Assembly: GCA_016235455.1 (NCBI GenBank)
Contig: JACRKZ010000049.1
Span: forward strand, 1 to 63,519
Length of the DNA stretch: 63,519 bases
Direction of reading: 5' to 3'
Source: Armatimonadota bacterium
GTDB taxonomy: Bacteria > Armatimonadota > UBA10988
A program made the translations under genes and the position numbers. The notes under the pieces were generated by a model that did no database searches, was not told where the DNA came from, and saw nothing but the letters and a program-made list of their open reading frames with translations. This document shows positions 20,923 to 31,290 of this stretch, one piece after another; positions within the stretch are counted from its first letter, which is position 1, and every line of letters starts with the position of its first letter.

Positions 20923-21627
20923 TCAGTCGGCCGTCACGGTCCAGGCCTTGGGCCAGGATTCGGCCAGGCGGGTGAACTTGACGTGGCCGTCCGCATAGCC
21001 GGCCACCACGGCCAGCGAGTTGAGTTCCAGCCGGTCCGACGCGGTGTGGCGGAAGCCGTCCACGCGGCCGGCCAGCGCTCGGACATCGTCCGTTGAGGCC
21101 ATGCCGATGCAGCCGCTGCCGTCGCGCCGGCCGCCGGTGTCGGCAACCATGATCGTACCGGCCGCATCCTGGATGGCGGCCAGCGACCGACCCGCCACAC
21201 CGTAGTCGGCGCTGGGTCCGACGTCGTTGGTGGGCGTCGAATAGCCGTACGAGTAGGTGTTCACGTCCAGCCAGCGCCCGCCTGGGAAGACCGTGCAGTG
21301 CCGCGTGCCGCTGGGGCAGTCGAAGATCTGCGTGCTGCCTGTATAGCTGCGGATCATGTCCGCCCAACGCTGGCCATCGGCGTCCATGTAGCCAGACACG
21401 CCCATGTAACCGAATCCGTGGCTGTAGCGCGGCAGTGTTTCGTCATAGTCGTTGGCGTACATGCCGATGGCCTGGCAGATCTGCCGAACATTGGACGTAC
21501 ACGACGACTGCCGAGCCTTCTCGCGGGCCCGGGCGAACACCGGGAACAGGATGGCCGCCAAGATGGCGATGATGGCGATGACCACCAGCAATTCGATGAG
21601 CGTAAACGCTCGGTGATTGCGCTTCAT
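20923..21627 (-). CDS. Prepilin-type N-terminal cleavage/methylation protein, DUF1559-like
   Basis: [40 protein letters not shown] and C-terminal YADGHVK. GGAGG RBS. Confidence 0.9.
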   Translation of the reverse strand: MKRNHRAFTLIELLVVIAIIAILAAILFPVFARAREKARQSSCTSNVRQICQAIGMYANDYDETLPRYSHGFGYMGVSGYMDADGQRWADMIRSYTGSTQIFDCPSGTRHCTVFPGGRWLDVNTYSYGYSTPTNDVGPSADYGVAGRSLAAIQDAAGTIMVADTGGRRDGSGCIGMASTDDVRALAGRVDGFRHTASDRLELNSLAVVAGYADGHVKFTRLAESWPKAWTVTAD

Positions 21628-21629
21628 GC

Positions 21630-22457
21630 CTACCTCCCACCACCGGGCGGCGGGCCGCCCGGCGGCGGACCACCCGGCCGGCGACCGCGGCCGCCGCGGC
21701 CCTCGGGCCGCCAGCCATTACCGTCGCGGCGCTTGCCCATCTGCTCCTTCTGCTCAGGAGTCAGCGTGGTCAGCATCTTCTGCACCGACTCATTGCGCAT
21801 CTGACGCATCTTCTGCCGCTGCTCGGCGGTTGGCGGACCGGCCCGCCGGCCGCCAGCCTGCATCTGCGCCTGCATCTGCTTCTGCATGTCGGTGGCAATG
21901 GTGGTCATCTGCGCTTTTTGCTGCGGCGTGAGGTTGAGCCCTTGGCCCATCATCTCCACTTGCTGCGCCGGCGTGGGCATGCGGAAGCCACCGGGCCCGC
22001 CGGGACCACCAGGCCCGCCCGGGCCACCACCAGGGCCACCGGGTCCCCCGCCCGGGCTACCGGCCGCCTCAGGGCCACCACCTTGGGCCATGCGACCCGC
22101 GCCGGGCGTCGAACCAGCGGCACCCGCCGGGCCGCCGGCACCAGCACTACCACCCCCAGCAGCCGCACCACCGGGTCCGCCAGCGCCGCCCGGGCCGCCC
22201 TGGGTCCAGCCGCCGCCACCGTCGGGCGCGCCGTCGGGGCCGCCCTTGGTCCAGGCGCCGGGACCGCCGCGACGTCCGCCGAACTCGCCGCCCGGATCCA
22301 GTATCTGCTCGATGGCCGCGCGCCGGCGGCGCGACTCGGTCAGGCGCCAGCCAATCAGGCCGCTCGCCAATATCAGCACGCTCGTGGCGGCCAGCACGCG
22401 CTTGAGCCGCTCGCGTCTGGCGGCCGCGTCGACGGGCGCCTTGGCTTTCCTGGGCAT
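21630..22457 (-). CDS. Membrane-anchored Gly/Pro-rich protein with LTxxQ (Spy/CpxP-like) helices
   Basis: One TM helix, a long GGP/GGA low-complexity linker, and [11 protein letters not shown] and LTPEQKEQM motifs. Ends 2 nt before the DUF1559 gene. Confidence 0.65.
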   Translation of the reverse strand: MPRKAKAPVDAAARRERLKRVLAATSVLILASGLIGWRLTESRRRRAAIEQILDPGGEFGGRRGGPGAWTKGGPDGAPDGGGGWTQGGPGGAGGPGGAAAGGGSAGAGGPAGAAGSTPGAGRMAQGGGPEAAGSPGGGPGGPGGGPGGPGGPGGPGGFRMPTPAQQVEMMGQGLNLTPQQKAQMTTIATDMQKQMQAQMQAGGRRAGPPTAEQRQKMRQMRNESVQKMLTTLTPEQKEQMGKRRDGNGWRPEGRGGRGRRPGGPPPGGPPPGGGR

Positions 22458-22569
22458 CTTGCCTCTCCACGCTCCATGCCATCCTGAGATCGGACAGGCA
22501 CCAGAGGTTACACGGACTTTTCGTTGGCAGGAGCCTTGCAGGTTCCGCCAGGTGAGTCGGAGGGAAACG

Positions 22570-23721
22570 ATGAACTTCACGCGCTTCGAGCTGGCGGGCA
22601 AGCCGCTGGCGTCGCTGTCGATCGGCTGCATGCGGTACCCGAGCCGCGAAGCGGCGGCTGAGGTCATCGCCGCCTGCGCCGAGCAGGAGGTGCTCTATCT
22701 CGACACCTCCCCGATGTACTGCTATCGCAGCGAGGAAGAGAACACCGAAACCTGGACCGGCGCGGCCATCGCCGGCTATCGCGACAAGATGATCGTCAGC
22801 GCGAAGTGCGCGACCGGCAACGGCGGCAACCAGGTCGGTGAGTACGACCCGGCGCGCGGCTTCTCCATCACCACCGCCGACCAGGTGCGGCGCCAGATCG
22901 ACCAGTCTCTGCGCCGCTTGCAGGTCGACCGCTTCGACTGCTACCAGCTCTGGGCGGCCCATGTGCCCGAGTTGTTCGACGAGGCGCTGAAGCCCGGCGG
23001 CTGGCTGGAAGGCGTGATGAAGGCCAAGGACGAGGGCCTGTTTGACCACCTGGGCGTCACCGGTCACGCCGACAGCGCCGAGATCAAGCGCTGGGTGGAC
23101 AGCGGCTGGGTCGAGATGATCACCGTGCCGTTCCACATCATGGACACCAGCCGCCTGGAAGGCATGCGCTATGCGCGCGACCACGGCGTGGCGGTGGTGG
23201 CCATGAACCCGCTGGCCGGCGGATTCCTGGGTAGCGCCAGCGAAGGGCTGGCCCGCGAGATGGCCGATGCCGGCGTCACCTCCGCCGCCGACCTGGCCCT
23301 GCGCTACGTGGCGTCCATCGAGGGTGTGTCGGCGTTGAGCGGCATGACCAGCGCCGCCGAGGCGCGGGCCAACTGCGATACGTTGAGTCGGCCGCTGTGG
23401 AGCGAGGAGCAGGCCGAAGCCCTGCGCCTGCGCTTCGAGGCGATGATCCAGGGCGCCGAGTATGTGTGCACTGGTTGCCGCTACTGCCTGCCGTGCGCCG
23501 AGGAGCTCGACATCCCCGGCATCCTGCGGCTGCGCAACTACAACGTCGTGCTGCAGTTGGAGTCGGCCCAGCGCGAGTTCCGCCACAAGTACCGCCACGA
23601 CGAGCACTTCCGAGCTGACAAGTGCACCGAGTGCGGCCTGTGTGAAGGGCGCTGCCCGAACCAGCTACCGGTCAGCCGGCTGATGGCCGAGGTCATGGCC
23701 ACCATGGGCGAGACCGTCTAG
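22570..23721 (+). CDS. Aldo/keto reductase with C-terminal 4Fe-4S dicluster
   Basis: GCMRYP, LDTSPMY, SLRRLQVDRFDCY, MNPLAGG, CTGCRYCLPC and CTECGLCEGRCP. Confidence 0.9.
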   Translation: MNFTRFELAGKPLASLSIGCMRYPSREAAAEVIAACAEQEVLYLDTSPMYCYRSEEENTETWTGAAIAGYRDKMIVSAKCATGNGGNQVGEYDPARGFSITTADQVRRQIDQSLRRLQVDRFDCYQLWAAHVPELFDEALKPGGWLEGVMKAKDEGLFDHLGVTGHADSAEIKRWVDSGWVEMITVPFHIMDTSRLEGMRYARDHGVAVVAMNPLAGGFLGSASEGLAREMADAGVTSAADLALRYVASIEGVSALSGMTSAAEARANCDTLSRPLWSEEQAEALRLRFEAMIQGAEYVCTGCRYCLPCAEELDIPGILRLRNYNVVLQLESAQREFRHKYRHDEHFRADKCTECGLCEGRCPNQLPVSRLMAEVMATMGETV

Positions 23722-23741
23722 CCACCCGGCACGACGAGCAG

Positions 23742-23776
23742 GGGAGAGCCGTGCGCCCTGGCGCCGCGGCTCTCCC
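23742..23776 (+). terminator. Hairpin after the aldo/keto reductase gene
   Basis: GGGAGAGCCG...CGGCTCTCCC inverted repeat with a weak U-tail. Confidence 0.45.
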
Positions 23777-23908
23777 GCTTCACAGGGCGGTTACGCCAGG
23801 GCCGCGGATGGCCTTGACGAAGTGCGCCTCCCGGCACATTCTCTTGTTGATCTCTTGAGGGTGCCCGCGCCGTCTCCCACCCGGCGCGCCACGGGCAGGA
23901 AGGCAAGG

Positions 23909-26794
23909 ATGCGGATCGGCAGACCAGGGGGCAAGGCGACGTGCGCTCTGCTTGCGCTCCTGGCCTCGCTGGCCGTGGCGTCTGCCCAGACCGCACCGGC
24001 ACGGCTGGTCGTCACCGACGATCGGTCCTATCCCCCGTTCGCCTACCTGGACGCCGACGGCCGGCCGCGCGGCATCACTGTCGATATCTGGCAGCTCTGG
24101 TCGCGGCGCAGCGGCGTGCCGGTCGAATTCCGACTGCAGGAGTGGGACGCAGCCTTGGCGGCCCTGCGCCAGGGCAAGGCCGACGTGGTAGGCGGCATGT
24201 TCCGCACGCCGCAGCGCGAGGCGCAGTACGACTTCACCCGACAGCTGCTGTCGATACCCAGCAGCATCTTCTTCGACCAGGATCTGGGCGGCATCAAGGA
24301 CGCCACCGACCTGGCCGGCTTCCGGGTGGGCGTAGTCAAGGGCGACAGCGCCGAGGAATACCTGCCCACGAGTTGCCCGAAAGCCACGCTCGTCAGCTAT
24401 GGCAGCACCGAGGAGCTGGTGGCGGGCGCCTTGGCTGGCGACGTGAAGATCCTGGTAGCGGACGCACCAGTGGTGCTGTACTACCTGGCCAAATCGCCCG
24501 GCGGCGCGCGCTTCCGCCAGGCCGGCGCCTCACTGGCCAGCAACCGCCAGTGTGCCGCCGTGCGCAAGGGCAACCGCGCCACGCTCGACCTGGTCAACGC
24601 CGGGTTCGCACGCATCAGCCAGCGCGAGATCGACGCCATCGTGGCCAGGTGGTCAGGCCGCGACACCCAGAACCGCTTCCCCTGGCGCGACGTTGGCATC
24701 GCGGCGGCGGCCGTTCTGGCGATGCTGGCAGGCAGCCTGGCCTGGAACCTGACGCTCAGCCGCCGGGTAGCCGTCGCCACTCGCGTGCTGAACCAGCGCA
24801 ACACCGAGCTTGAGCAGTCCCACAAGGCCCTGCTCGACGGCGAGCGAGAACTGCGTGAGGGCGAAGCACGCTACCGCTCCGTCGTCGAGAACATCCAGGA
24901 CGTCTACTACCGCACCGACCGGGAGGGACGACTGAGCATGATCAGCCCGTCGGGCGCCCGGCTGCTGGGGTACGAATCGGCCGAGGCCATGGTCGGCCGA
25001 CCGAACCAGTCGTTCTGGCACGTTCCAGAACAGCGTGAGCGGTTCCTTGTTGATCTGTCCGAACTCGGCGCGGTACGTGATTACGAAGTGGACCTGGAGC
25101 ACACCGACGGCAGCGTGGTGCCGGTGGCCACGACGTCCCGGCTCATCCGCGACGAGGCCGGCCAAGTCGCCGGGGTGGAAGGCATCTTCCGCGATATCGC
25201 CGAACGGCGGCGCGCCGACGCCGCGCTACGCGAGAGCGAGGCGCGGTTCCGCGGCGTCTTTGAGAACGCGCCCTACGCCATTGCCATCAGCCGCCTCAGC
25301 GACGGCCAGTATGTGGATGTCAACCAGGCCTTCGCCGACAGCCTGGGACTGACCCGCGCGCAGTGCCTGTCCCTGCGGTCGTCCGACCTGTCGGTTCGGG
25401 CCAACAGCGACCAGGACGAGGGGATGGCGCGCGCGATGCGCGGCGAGGCGGTACGCGACGTCTCCGTCGATGTGGTCGCGCCCGACGGAACGCAGCGCTC
25501 CATCCTCTTCTCCACCGCGCCTGTGGTGCTGGGTGACGAGCGCTGCGCCATCAGCATCGTGGTCGACGTGACGGACCGCAAGCAGGCGGAGCGCGAGCAG
25601 GGGAAGTTGCGCGATCAACTGGCCCAGGCGCAGAAGATGGACTCGATCGGCCGGTTGGCTGGCGGTGTGGCGCACGATTTCAACAACATGCTGGGCGTCA
25701 TCATCGGCCACGCTGAGTTTGCGCTGCTGTCGGCCGAGCCCGGGTCGCCGCTGCACCACGACCTGACCGAGATCCGCGGCGCGGCCGAGCGCTCGGCCGA
25801 CCTGACGCGCCAACTGCTGGCCTTCGCCCGCCGCCAGACGGTGGCGCCCCGCCTGCTGGACCTCAACGACACCGTCGCCGGCATGCTGCGCATGTTGCGC
25901 CGGCTCATCGGCGAGAACATCGAGTTGGCCTGGTTGCCGGGCGCCAACCTGGGTGCGGTCCACATGGACCCCTCGCAGATGGACCAGATCCTGGCCAACC
26001 TGTGCGTCAACGCGCGCGATGCCATCGGCGACACAGGCCGCGTCAGCATCGAGACATCGGTGGTGACCCTGGACGCCGACTATTGCGCACTGCATACCGA
26101 GGCACACCCCGGTGACTATGTGCTGTTGTCCGTCAGCGACACCGGCCATGGCATGGATGCGCAGACACGGGCACGCGTCTTTGAGCCGTTCTTCACCACC
26201 AAGGAGGTCGGCCGCGGCACCGGCCTGGGCCTGGCCACCGTCTACGGCATCGTGCGGCAGAATGACGGCCTCATCAACGTCTACAGCGAGCCCGGACAGG
26301 GCACCACCTTCCGCATCTACCTGCCGCGCACGGCGCCAGCGGACGCGCCCACCACCAGGCGCGCGGCCATGCCGCCGCCTGAGCGTGGCAGCGAAACCGT
26401 GCTGTTGGTGGAGGACGAGCCGTCCGTGCTATCCATGGCCAGCATGATGCTCGAGCGCCAGGGCTACCTGGTCCTGGCGGCGGGCGGCCCCGAGGAGGCG
26501 CTGCGCCTCGCCGCGGAGCACGAAGGCGCAATCCACCTGCTCCTGACCGATGTGGTCATGCCGGAGATGAACGGCCGCGACCTGGCCACGCACCTGCAGG
26601 CGCGCTACACCGGCCTCAAATGCCTGTTCATGTCGGGCTACACGGCGGGCCTCATCGCCCACCACGGCGTGCTCGACGAGGGCGTGCCGTTCATCGAGAA
26701 GCCGTTCACGATGAGCGCGCTGGCGGCGCAGGTGCGCGCGGTGCTCGACAGCACCCGATCTGGCGGCCAGGCACTTGACGAACCGGCGCAGTAG
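23909..26794 (+). CDS. Hybrid sensor histidine kinase with periplasmic substrate-binding (family 3) domain, two PAS domains and REC
   Basis: YPPFAYLDADGRPRGITVDIW sensor domain, TM helix, [38 protein letters not shown] and VLLVEDE...LLTDVVMP. Confidence 0.92.
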   Translation: MRIGRPGGKATCALLALLASLAVASAQTAPARLVVTDDRSYPPFAYLDADGRPRGITVDIWQLWSRRSGVPVEFRLQEWDAALAALRQGKADVVGGMFRTPQREAQYDFTRQLLSIPSSIFFDQDLGGIKDATDLAGFRVGVVKGDSAEEYLPTSCPKATLVSYGSTEELVAGALAGDVKILVADAPVVLYYLAKSPGGARFRQAGASLASNRQCAAVRKGNRATLDLVNAGFARISQREIDAIVARWSGRDTQNRFPWRDVGIAAAAVLAMLAGSLAWNLTLSRRVAVATRVLNQRNTELEQSHKALLDGERELREGEARYRSVVENIQDVYYRTDREGRLSMISPSGARLLGYESAEAMVGRPNQSFWHVPEQRERFLVDLSELGAVRDYEVDLEHTDGSVVPVATTSRLIRDEAGQVAGVEGIFRDIAERRRADAALRESEARFRGVFENAPYAIAISRLSDGQYVDVNQAFADSLGLTRAQCLSLRSSDLSVRANSDQDEGMARAMRGEAVRDVSVDVVAPDGTQRSILFSTAPVVLGDERCAISIVVDVTDRKQAEREQGKLRDQLAQAQKMDSIGRLAGGVAHDFNNMLGVIIGHAEFALLSAEPGSPLHHDLTEIRGAAERSADLTRQLLAFARRQTVAPRLLDLNDTVAGMLRMLRRLIGENIELAWLPGANLGAVHMDPSQMDQILANLCVNARDAIGDTGRVSIETSVVTLDADYCALHTEAHPGDYVLLSVSDTGHGMDAQTRARVFEPFFTTKEVGRGTGLGLATVYGIVRQNDGLINVYSEPGQGTTFRIYLPRTAPADAPTTRRAAMPPPERGSETVLLVEDEPSVLSMASMMLERQGYLVLAAGGPEEALRLAAEHEGAIHLLLTDVVMPEMNGRDLATHLQARYTGLKCLFMSGYTAGLIAHHGVLDEGVPFIEKPFTMSALAAQVRAVLDSTRSGGQALDEPAQ

Positions 26795-26809
26795 GTCCAC
26801 GATCTATTC

Positions 26810-27760
26810 ATGCGCATGCTGCTGATGATAGTGCTGGCCAGCCTGTTGCCGGCGGTGGTCGACGCAGGACCGTCGCCCGACCTCGGCGCGCACTGCATGG
26901 CGGCACTGCTGGCCAAGCAGGCCGGCCGGCCCGACGCCGCCGTCAGCGAACTGCACGCCGCGCTGGATATCGACCCGAACTACCTCGAAGCCCACTGGAT
27001 CCTGGCCTGGGTGCTCCACGACCGCGGCCAGAAGAGCGCCGCCATCGCCGAGTTCGCCCAGGTGGCCCGCATCGATGACGGTGGCACCTATGGCCGTGAC
27101 GCGCAGAAGACCATCGACCGCCTCACCGCGCCGCCACCACCGCCGCCACCACCGGCCGCCGGGCGAGCGCTCGTGGCGCTGACCTTCGACGATGGACCCG
27201 ATCCCAACCTGACGCCCAAGCTGCTTGACCTGCTCCGTGCGCGCGGGGTCAAGGCCACCTTCTTCATGCTCGGCCCGCTGGTCAAGCGTTACCCGGCCAT
27301 CGTGAAGCGCATCGCCGACGAAGGGCACGAGGTAGCCGTCCACGCCTGGGACCACCGACTACTCACCGGCATGAGCGCGGCAGGCGTGCGGTCGCAGATG
27401 GACCGCACCCGAGACGCCATTGCGGCCGCCTGCGGCGTCACGCCGCGGGTCATGCGCCCGCCCTACGGCGGGCACAACGCCATGGTGCGCAACACCGTGG
27501 GCATGCCGGTCATCCTGTGGGATGTGGACCCCAACGACTGGCGAGACCGCAACAGCGGCACCGTGCGCCGACGCATCGCCAACGGTATGCGTCCCGGCTC
27601 GATCGTGCTGATGCACGACATCCACGCCACCACGGTAGCCGCCGTGCCGGGCATTCTGGACGATGCGGCCGCCAAGGGCTTGACGCCGGTCACGGTTTCT
27701 GACTTGATTGGCGGAGCCAAGGCCGGCTCGGTGTGGACGCGGGTCAAACCCCGGGACTAG
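26810..27760 (+). CDS. Secreted polysaccharide deacetylase (CE4/NodB) with N-terminal TPR-like helices
   Basis: NodB motifs LTFDDGP, HAWDH, RPPYG, WDVDPNDW and LMHD. Poly-Pro linker and signal peptide. Confidence 0.88.
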   Translation: MRMLLMIVLASLLPAVVDAGPSPDLGAHCMAALLAKQAGRPDAAVSELHAALDIDPNYLEAHWILAWVLHDRGQKSAAIAEFAQVARIDDGGTYGRDAQKTIDRLTAPPPPPPPPAAGRALVALTFDDGPDPNLTPKLLDLLRARGVKATFFMLGPLVKRYPAIVKRIADEGHEVAVHAWDHRLLTGMSAAGVRSQMDRTRDAIAAACGVTPRVMRPPYGGHNAMVRNTVGMPVILWDVDPNDWRDRNSGTVRRRIANGMRPGSIVLMHDIHATTVAAVPGILDDAAAKGLTPVTVSDLIGGAKAGSVWTRVKPRD

Positions 27761-27791
27761 CCACGCCGCCGGCGCCGCTCGGAGGCCCGCC

Positions 27792-30700
27792 ATGCGTTGG
27801 ATCGCGCCGTCGTGTCTGCTGCTGTGTGTCGTCTGTTCGGCCCAGGAGCCGCTGGCCGGTCTGCACCGCATCGCGGTCGACGACTGCGGCCGCGAAGGCG
27901 CCCAGCCACGACTGGTCACGGGCGGCAACTGGACCTACCCCGCCGAGGCCGTGCCCGTCGCCAAGGTGCCCGCGGCCGATCCGCTGCGCACCGTGGCCTT
28001 CGGCAGCAGCGTGGTCTACCGCTATCAGGGCCTCAAGGCGGGCGCGACGTACAAACTCCGCCTGAGCTTCCTGTCCGACAGCGCCGAACGCCGCGTGCGC
28101 GTGCGGCTCGACGGCCAGGCGATCATCGCCGATCTGGCGCTGCCCCAGGCCGAGCCGATACAGCGCGTTATCTACGTGCCCACGACCAGCGTCGCGGCGG
28201 GTGTGTGCGAGCTGTCCATCGACCATCTGGCCGGCCCGAACGCGGTCATCAGCCTTATCGAGCTGTTCTCCAGCGATGCCGAGCGCCTGCGCAGCCTGAC
28301 CGTGCGGGCCGCGGGCGACCTGGCCGGCACGATCAGCGGGCACGTGGTTGACGCCGAGCAGGCGCCGGCCGCCAACGTCGCCGTGAGCCTCACGCAGCCC
28401 GCTGGCGACCAGAAGCTGACTGCGACAACCGGCGCCGACGGTGCCTTCCGCATCGCGGTTCCGGCCACGTGGCGCGGCGGCGGCGATGACGCACTGACGG
28501 TCACCGCCAAGGCCGCCGGCATCACCGGCACGACCACCGTGGCCCGCTGCGAGGTGGCGCCGCCGCGCCTGACGCCGTTGCCCGTCGCGCCGGCCGCCGT
28601 GTCGCTCGATGGCACCTGGAAGCTGACCACCGCCGCCGGCGAGCTGCCCATCGAGGTGCCCGGCGAATGGGTCATGCAAGGCGCCAAGGTCGCGCCGAAC
28701 GAGACGGTCACCTACCAGCGCAGCCTGTCCGTGCCGGCCGCGTGGACCGGCCAGCGGGTCAAGCTGCGCTTCGACGCGGTCTACAGCCAGGCCGAAGTAC
28801 TTCTCGACGGCAAGGCGGTCGGCGGCCATCTGGGCGGGTTCACACCGTTCGAGATCGACATCACCGACCAAACCACGCCGGCCAGCACGCACGACCTGCG
28901 CGTACGGGTCACCAGCGAGAGCGTGGCCGACCGGCTGGCGAGCGGCTCGCAGTATGCGGCGCACCCACTGGGCGGCATCAGCCGCAGCGTACGGCTCTGC
29001 GCGGTGCCCGCGGCGCATCTGGCCCGGCTCCATGCCACCACCACCTTCTCGGCCAACTGGCGCGACGCCACGGTGCATGTGGCCTGGACCGTGGTCAACG
29101 AAGGCCCGGCCGCCGCCGCGAGCAGCCTGGCGTTGGGCCTCAGCGGCCCCGACGGCAAGCCGGCCGCCACGGGCACGGCCAAGGTGCCGGCGCTGGCCGC
29201 GGGCGCCGAGGCGGCGGGCTCCGCCGAGCTGACCGTGACCAACGCCCAGACCTGGGACCCGGAGCATCCGCGGCGCTACCGCCTGTCCGCCAGGCTGGCC
29301 GACAACCCGCCGGTCGAGCGGCTGATCGGCCTCAAGCAGGTGCAGGTGCGTGGCAACCAGGTGTTCTGCAACAACCGGCCCATCAAGCTGCACGGAGTCT
29401 GTCGCCACGAAGTGCACCCGCGCTATGGTCGCGCGCTGCGTGATGGCCTCTGGCACCGCGACGCCGAGCTGTTCAAGGCGGCCAACATCAACTTCGTGCG
29501 CACCAGCCACTACCCGCCGGCCGAGGCCTTCCTCGACGCCTGCGACGAGGTTGGCATCTTCGTCGAGGACGAAGCACCGTTCTGCTGGGCGGCCAACGAT
29601 CCCGCCAACCGTGCGGTGACCGTCCGCCAGGCGCTGGAGATGGTCGAGCGCGACCTGAGCCATCCCAGCGTGCTGCACTGGTCGGTGGCCAATGAGACGC
29701 AGTGGGGCGCCAACTTCGATGCTTCCGCGCAGGCAGTGGCCCGACTGGACCCGAGCCGGCCGCGCATCTTCTCTTATGGCGACCTGGACATCGCTTCCTG
29801 GCACTATCCCGGCCCCAACGGCCCGGCCAACGCCGCCAAGTCGGCCAAGCCGGTGCTGTTCGACGAGTACTGCCACCTGAACTGCTACAACCGCCGCGAA
29901 CTCGACGCCGACCCTGGCCTGCGCGACGAGTGGGGGCTGGCCCTGGCCGCCAAATACGACAAGATGTGGGCCACGCAAGCCTGCCTGGGCGGGTCCATCT
30001 GGGCCGGTATCGACGACATCTTCCGGCTGCCCGACGGCAAGGAGGTCGGCTATGGCTCGTGGGGGCCGGTGGACGGCTGGCGGCGACCCAAGCCGGAGTA
30101 CTACCATGTGCGCAAGGCCTACTCGCCGATCCGCGTGCTCGACCTGAAGCAGCCGCTCCACCAGCCCGGCCAGCCGGTGGTACTGCGGGTGGAGAACCGG
30201 TTCGACTTCACCGACCTGAACGACGTGACCTGCACCTGGCGGGCCGGTGCCGCCGAGGGTCAGGCCAAGTTGGAAGGCGCGCCGCATCAGGTAGGCAAGC
30301 TGACACTCGCTCTGCCCGCTGGCTTTGCGCGCGGCACTGTCGACCTGCGTTTTGGCACTGCCAATCAGGAGGACATCGACGCCGAGACCATCGACTTCGG
30401 CGGCCCCGTGGCGACCGAGACGGCGGCCAAGGCGGCCGCGCCGGTGACCTACAGCGAGACGCCCGAGCAGCTCGTGGTGACCGATGGCCGGGCGCGGTGG
30501 ACCGTGAGCCGCGCCACGGGACAACTGGGCGCTACCGTCGACAACCGGCCCGTGCTGGCGGGCGGCCCCAGCCTGATGATGCTGCCGCTCGCGCCGCAGC
30601 AGGGCGGCACCACGCACGGCACGGCTTTCCAGCCTTGGAACGACCTGTGCACCAACTGGAAGCTGGTCCGGCTCGACGGCAAGCTGGACGGCGATGCCGC

Positions 30701-31274
30701 GGAGGTCACCATCGCCGGCTCGTACAGCGAGGCCGAGGTGATCTGGTCGCTGCGCTTCGCGAGTGGCCGGTCGCTCAGCCTCAAGTACCGACTGACGGCC
30801 AAAGCCGCGACCAACCCACGGCAGATCGGGCCGGTGTTCGACGTGGTGCGCACCTGCGACACGCTGACCTGGGACCGTGTCGGGCAGTGGTCCAGCTACC
30901 CGGCAACTCACCTGGGTCGGCTGCGCGGGACGGCCCGACCCGAGCCCCCGCTCGGCCCCAGGTCGGCGCTCGGCGGGCCAACCTGGCCATGGGAGCTCGA
31001 TCCCTCGCCGCTGGGCTGCAACGACTTCCGCGCCTCGCGCCGCGGTGTGACCACCGTCAGTCTGACCGACCGCACCGGGCTTGGCTGGCAGGTGCGCCCA
31101 CTCGGCGGCACCGCGCGCGCCTGGGTCGATGGTGAACGGTTGCGCCTGCTGGCCGCCACGGTCGACTGCGGCACCAGCGAGGGTTTCGTGGCCTCGCTGT
31201 TCGGCGCCATGCGGCATCCGCTCAAGCCTGGTGACGTTGTCGAAGGAGAGATTCTGTGCGGGCTGGTAGAATGA
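27792..31274 (+). CDS. Glycoside hydrolase family 2 (beta-galactosidase-like) with N-terminal malectin-like and Ig-like modules
   Basis: LRFDAVYS, GGFTPFEIDIT, LHGVCRHE, RTSHYPP, WSVANE and FDEYCH. Confidence 0.88.
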   Translation: MRWIAPSCLLLCVVCSAQEPLAGLHRIAVDDCGREGAQPRLVTGGNWTYPAEAVPVAKVPAADPLRTVAFGSSVVYRYQGLKAGATYKLRLSFLSDSAERRVRVRLDGQAIIADLALPQAEPIQRVIYVPTTSVAAGVCELSIDHLAGPNAVISLIELFSSDAERLRSLTVRAAGDLAGTISGHVVDAEQAPAANVAVSLTQPAGDQKLTATTGADGAFRIAVPATWRGGGDDALTVTAKAAGITGTTTVARCEVAPPRLTPLPVAPAAVSLDGTWKLTTAAGELPIEVPGEWVMQGAKVAPNETVTYQRSLSVPAAWTGQRVKLRFDAVYSQAEVLLDGKAVGGHLGGFTPFEIDITDQTTPASTHDLRVRVTSESVADRLASGSQYAAHPLGGISRSVRLCAVPAAHLARLHATTTFSANWRDATVHVAWTVVNEGPAAAASSLALGLSGPDGKPAATGTAKVPALAAGAEAAGSAELTVTNAQTWDPEHPRRYRLSARLADNPPVERLIGLKQVQVRGNQVFCNNRPIKLHGVCRHEVHPRYGRALRDGLWHRDAELFKAANINFVRTSHYPPAEAFLDACDEVGIFVEDEAPFCWAANDPANRAVTVRQALEMVERDLSHPSVLHWSVANETQWGANFDASAQAVARLDPSRPRIFSYGDLDIASWHYPGPNGPANAAKSAKPVLFDEYCHLNCYNRRELDADPGLRDEWGLALAAKYDKMWATQACLGGSIWAGIDDIFRLPDGKEVGYGSWGPVDGWRRPKPEYYHVRKAYSPIRVLDLKQPLHQPGQPVVLRVENRFDFTDLNDVTCTWRAGAAEGQAKLEGAPHQVGKLTLALPAGFARGTVDLRFGTANQEDIDAETIDFGGPVATETAAKAAAPVTYSETPEQLVVTDGRARWTVSRATGQLGATVDNRPVLAGGPSLMMLPLAPQQGGTTHGTAFQPWNDLCTNWKLVRLDGKLDGDAAEVTIAGSYSEAEVIWSLRFASGRSLSLKYRLTAKAATNPRQIGPVFDVVRTCDTLTWDRVGQWSSYPATHLGRLRGTARPEPPLGPRSALGGPTWPWELDPSPLGCNDFRASRRGVTTVSLTDRTGLGWQVRPLGGTARAWVDGERLRLLAATVDCGTSEGFVASLFGAMRHPLKPGDVVEGEILCGLVE

Positions 31275-31290
31275 CGGCCTGAGGCAACCG

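Noticed and set aside
21960-22290. Repetitive GGGCCACC/GGGCCGCC tracts resembling a repeat array or CRISPR
   Set aside because: They encode the GGP linker of a protein, and there is no constant repeat with unique spacers.
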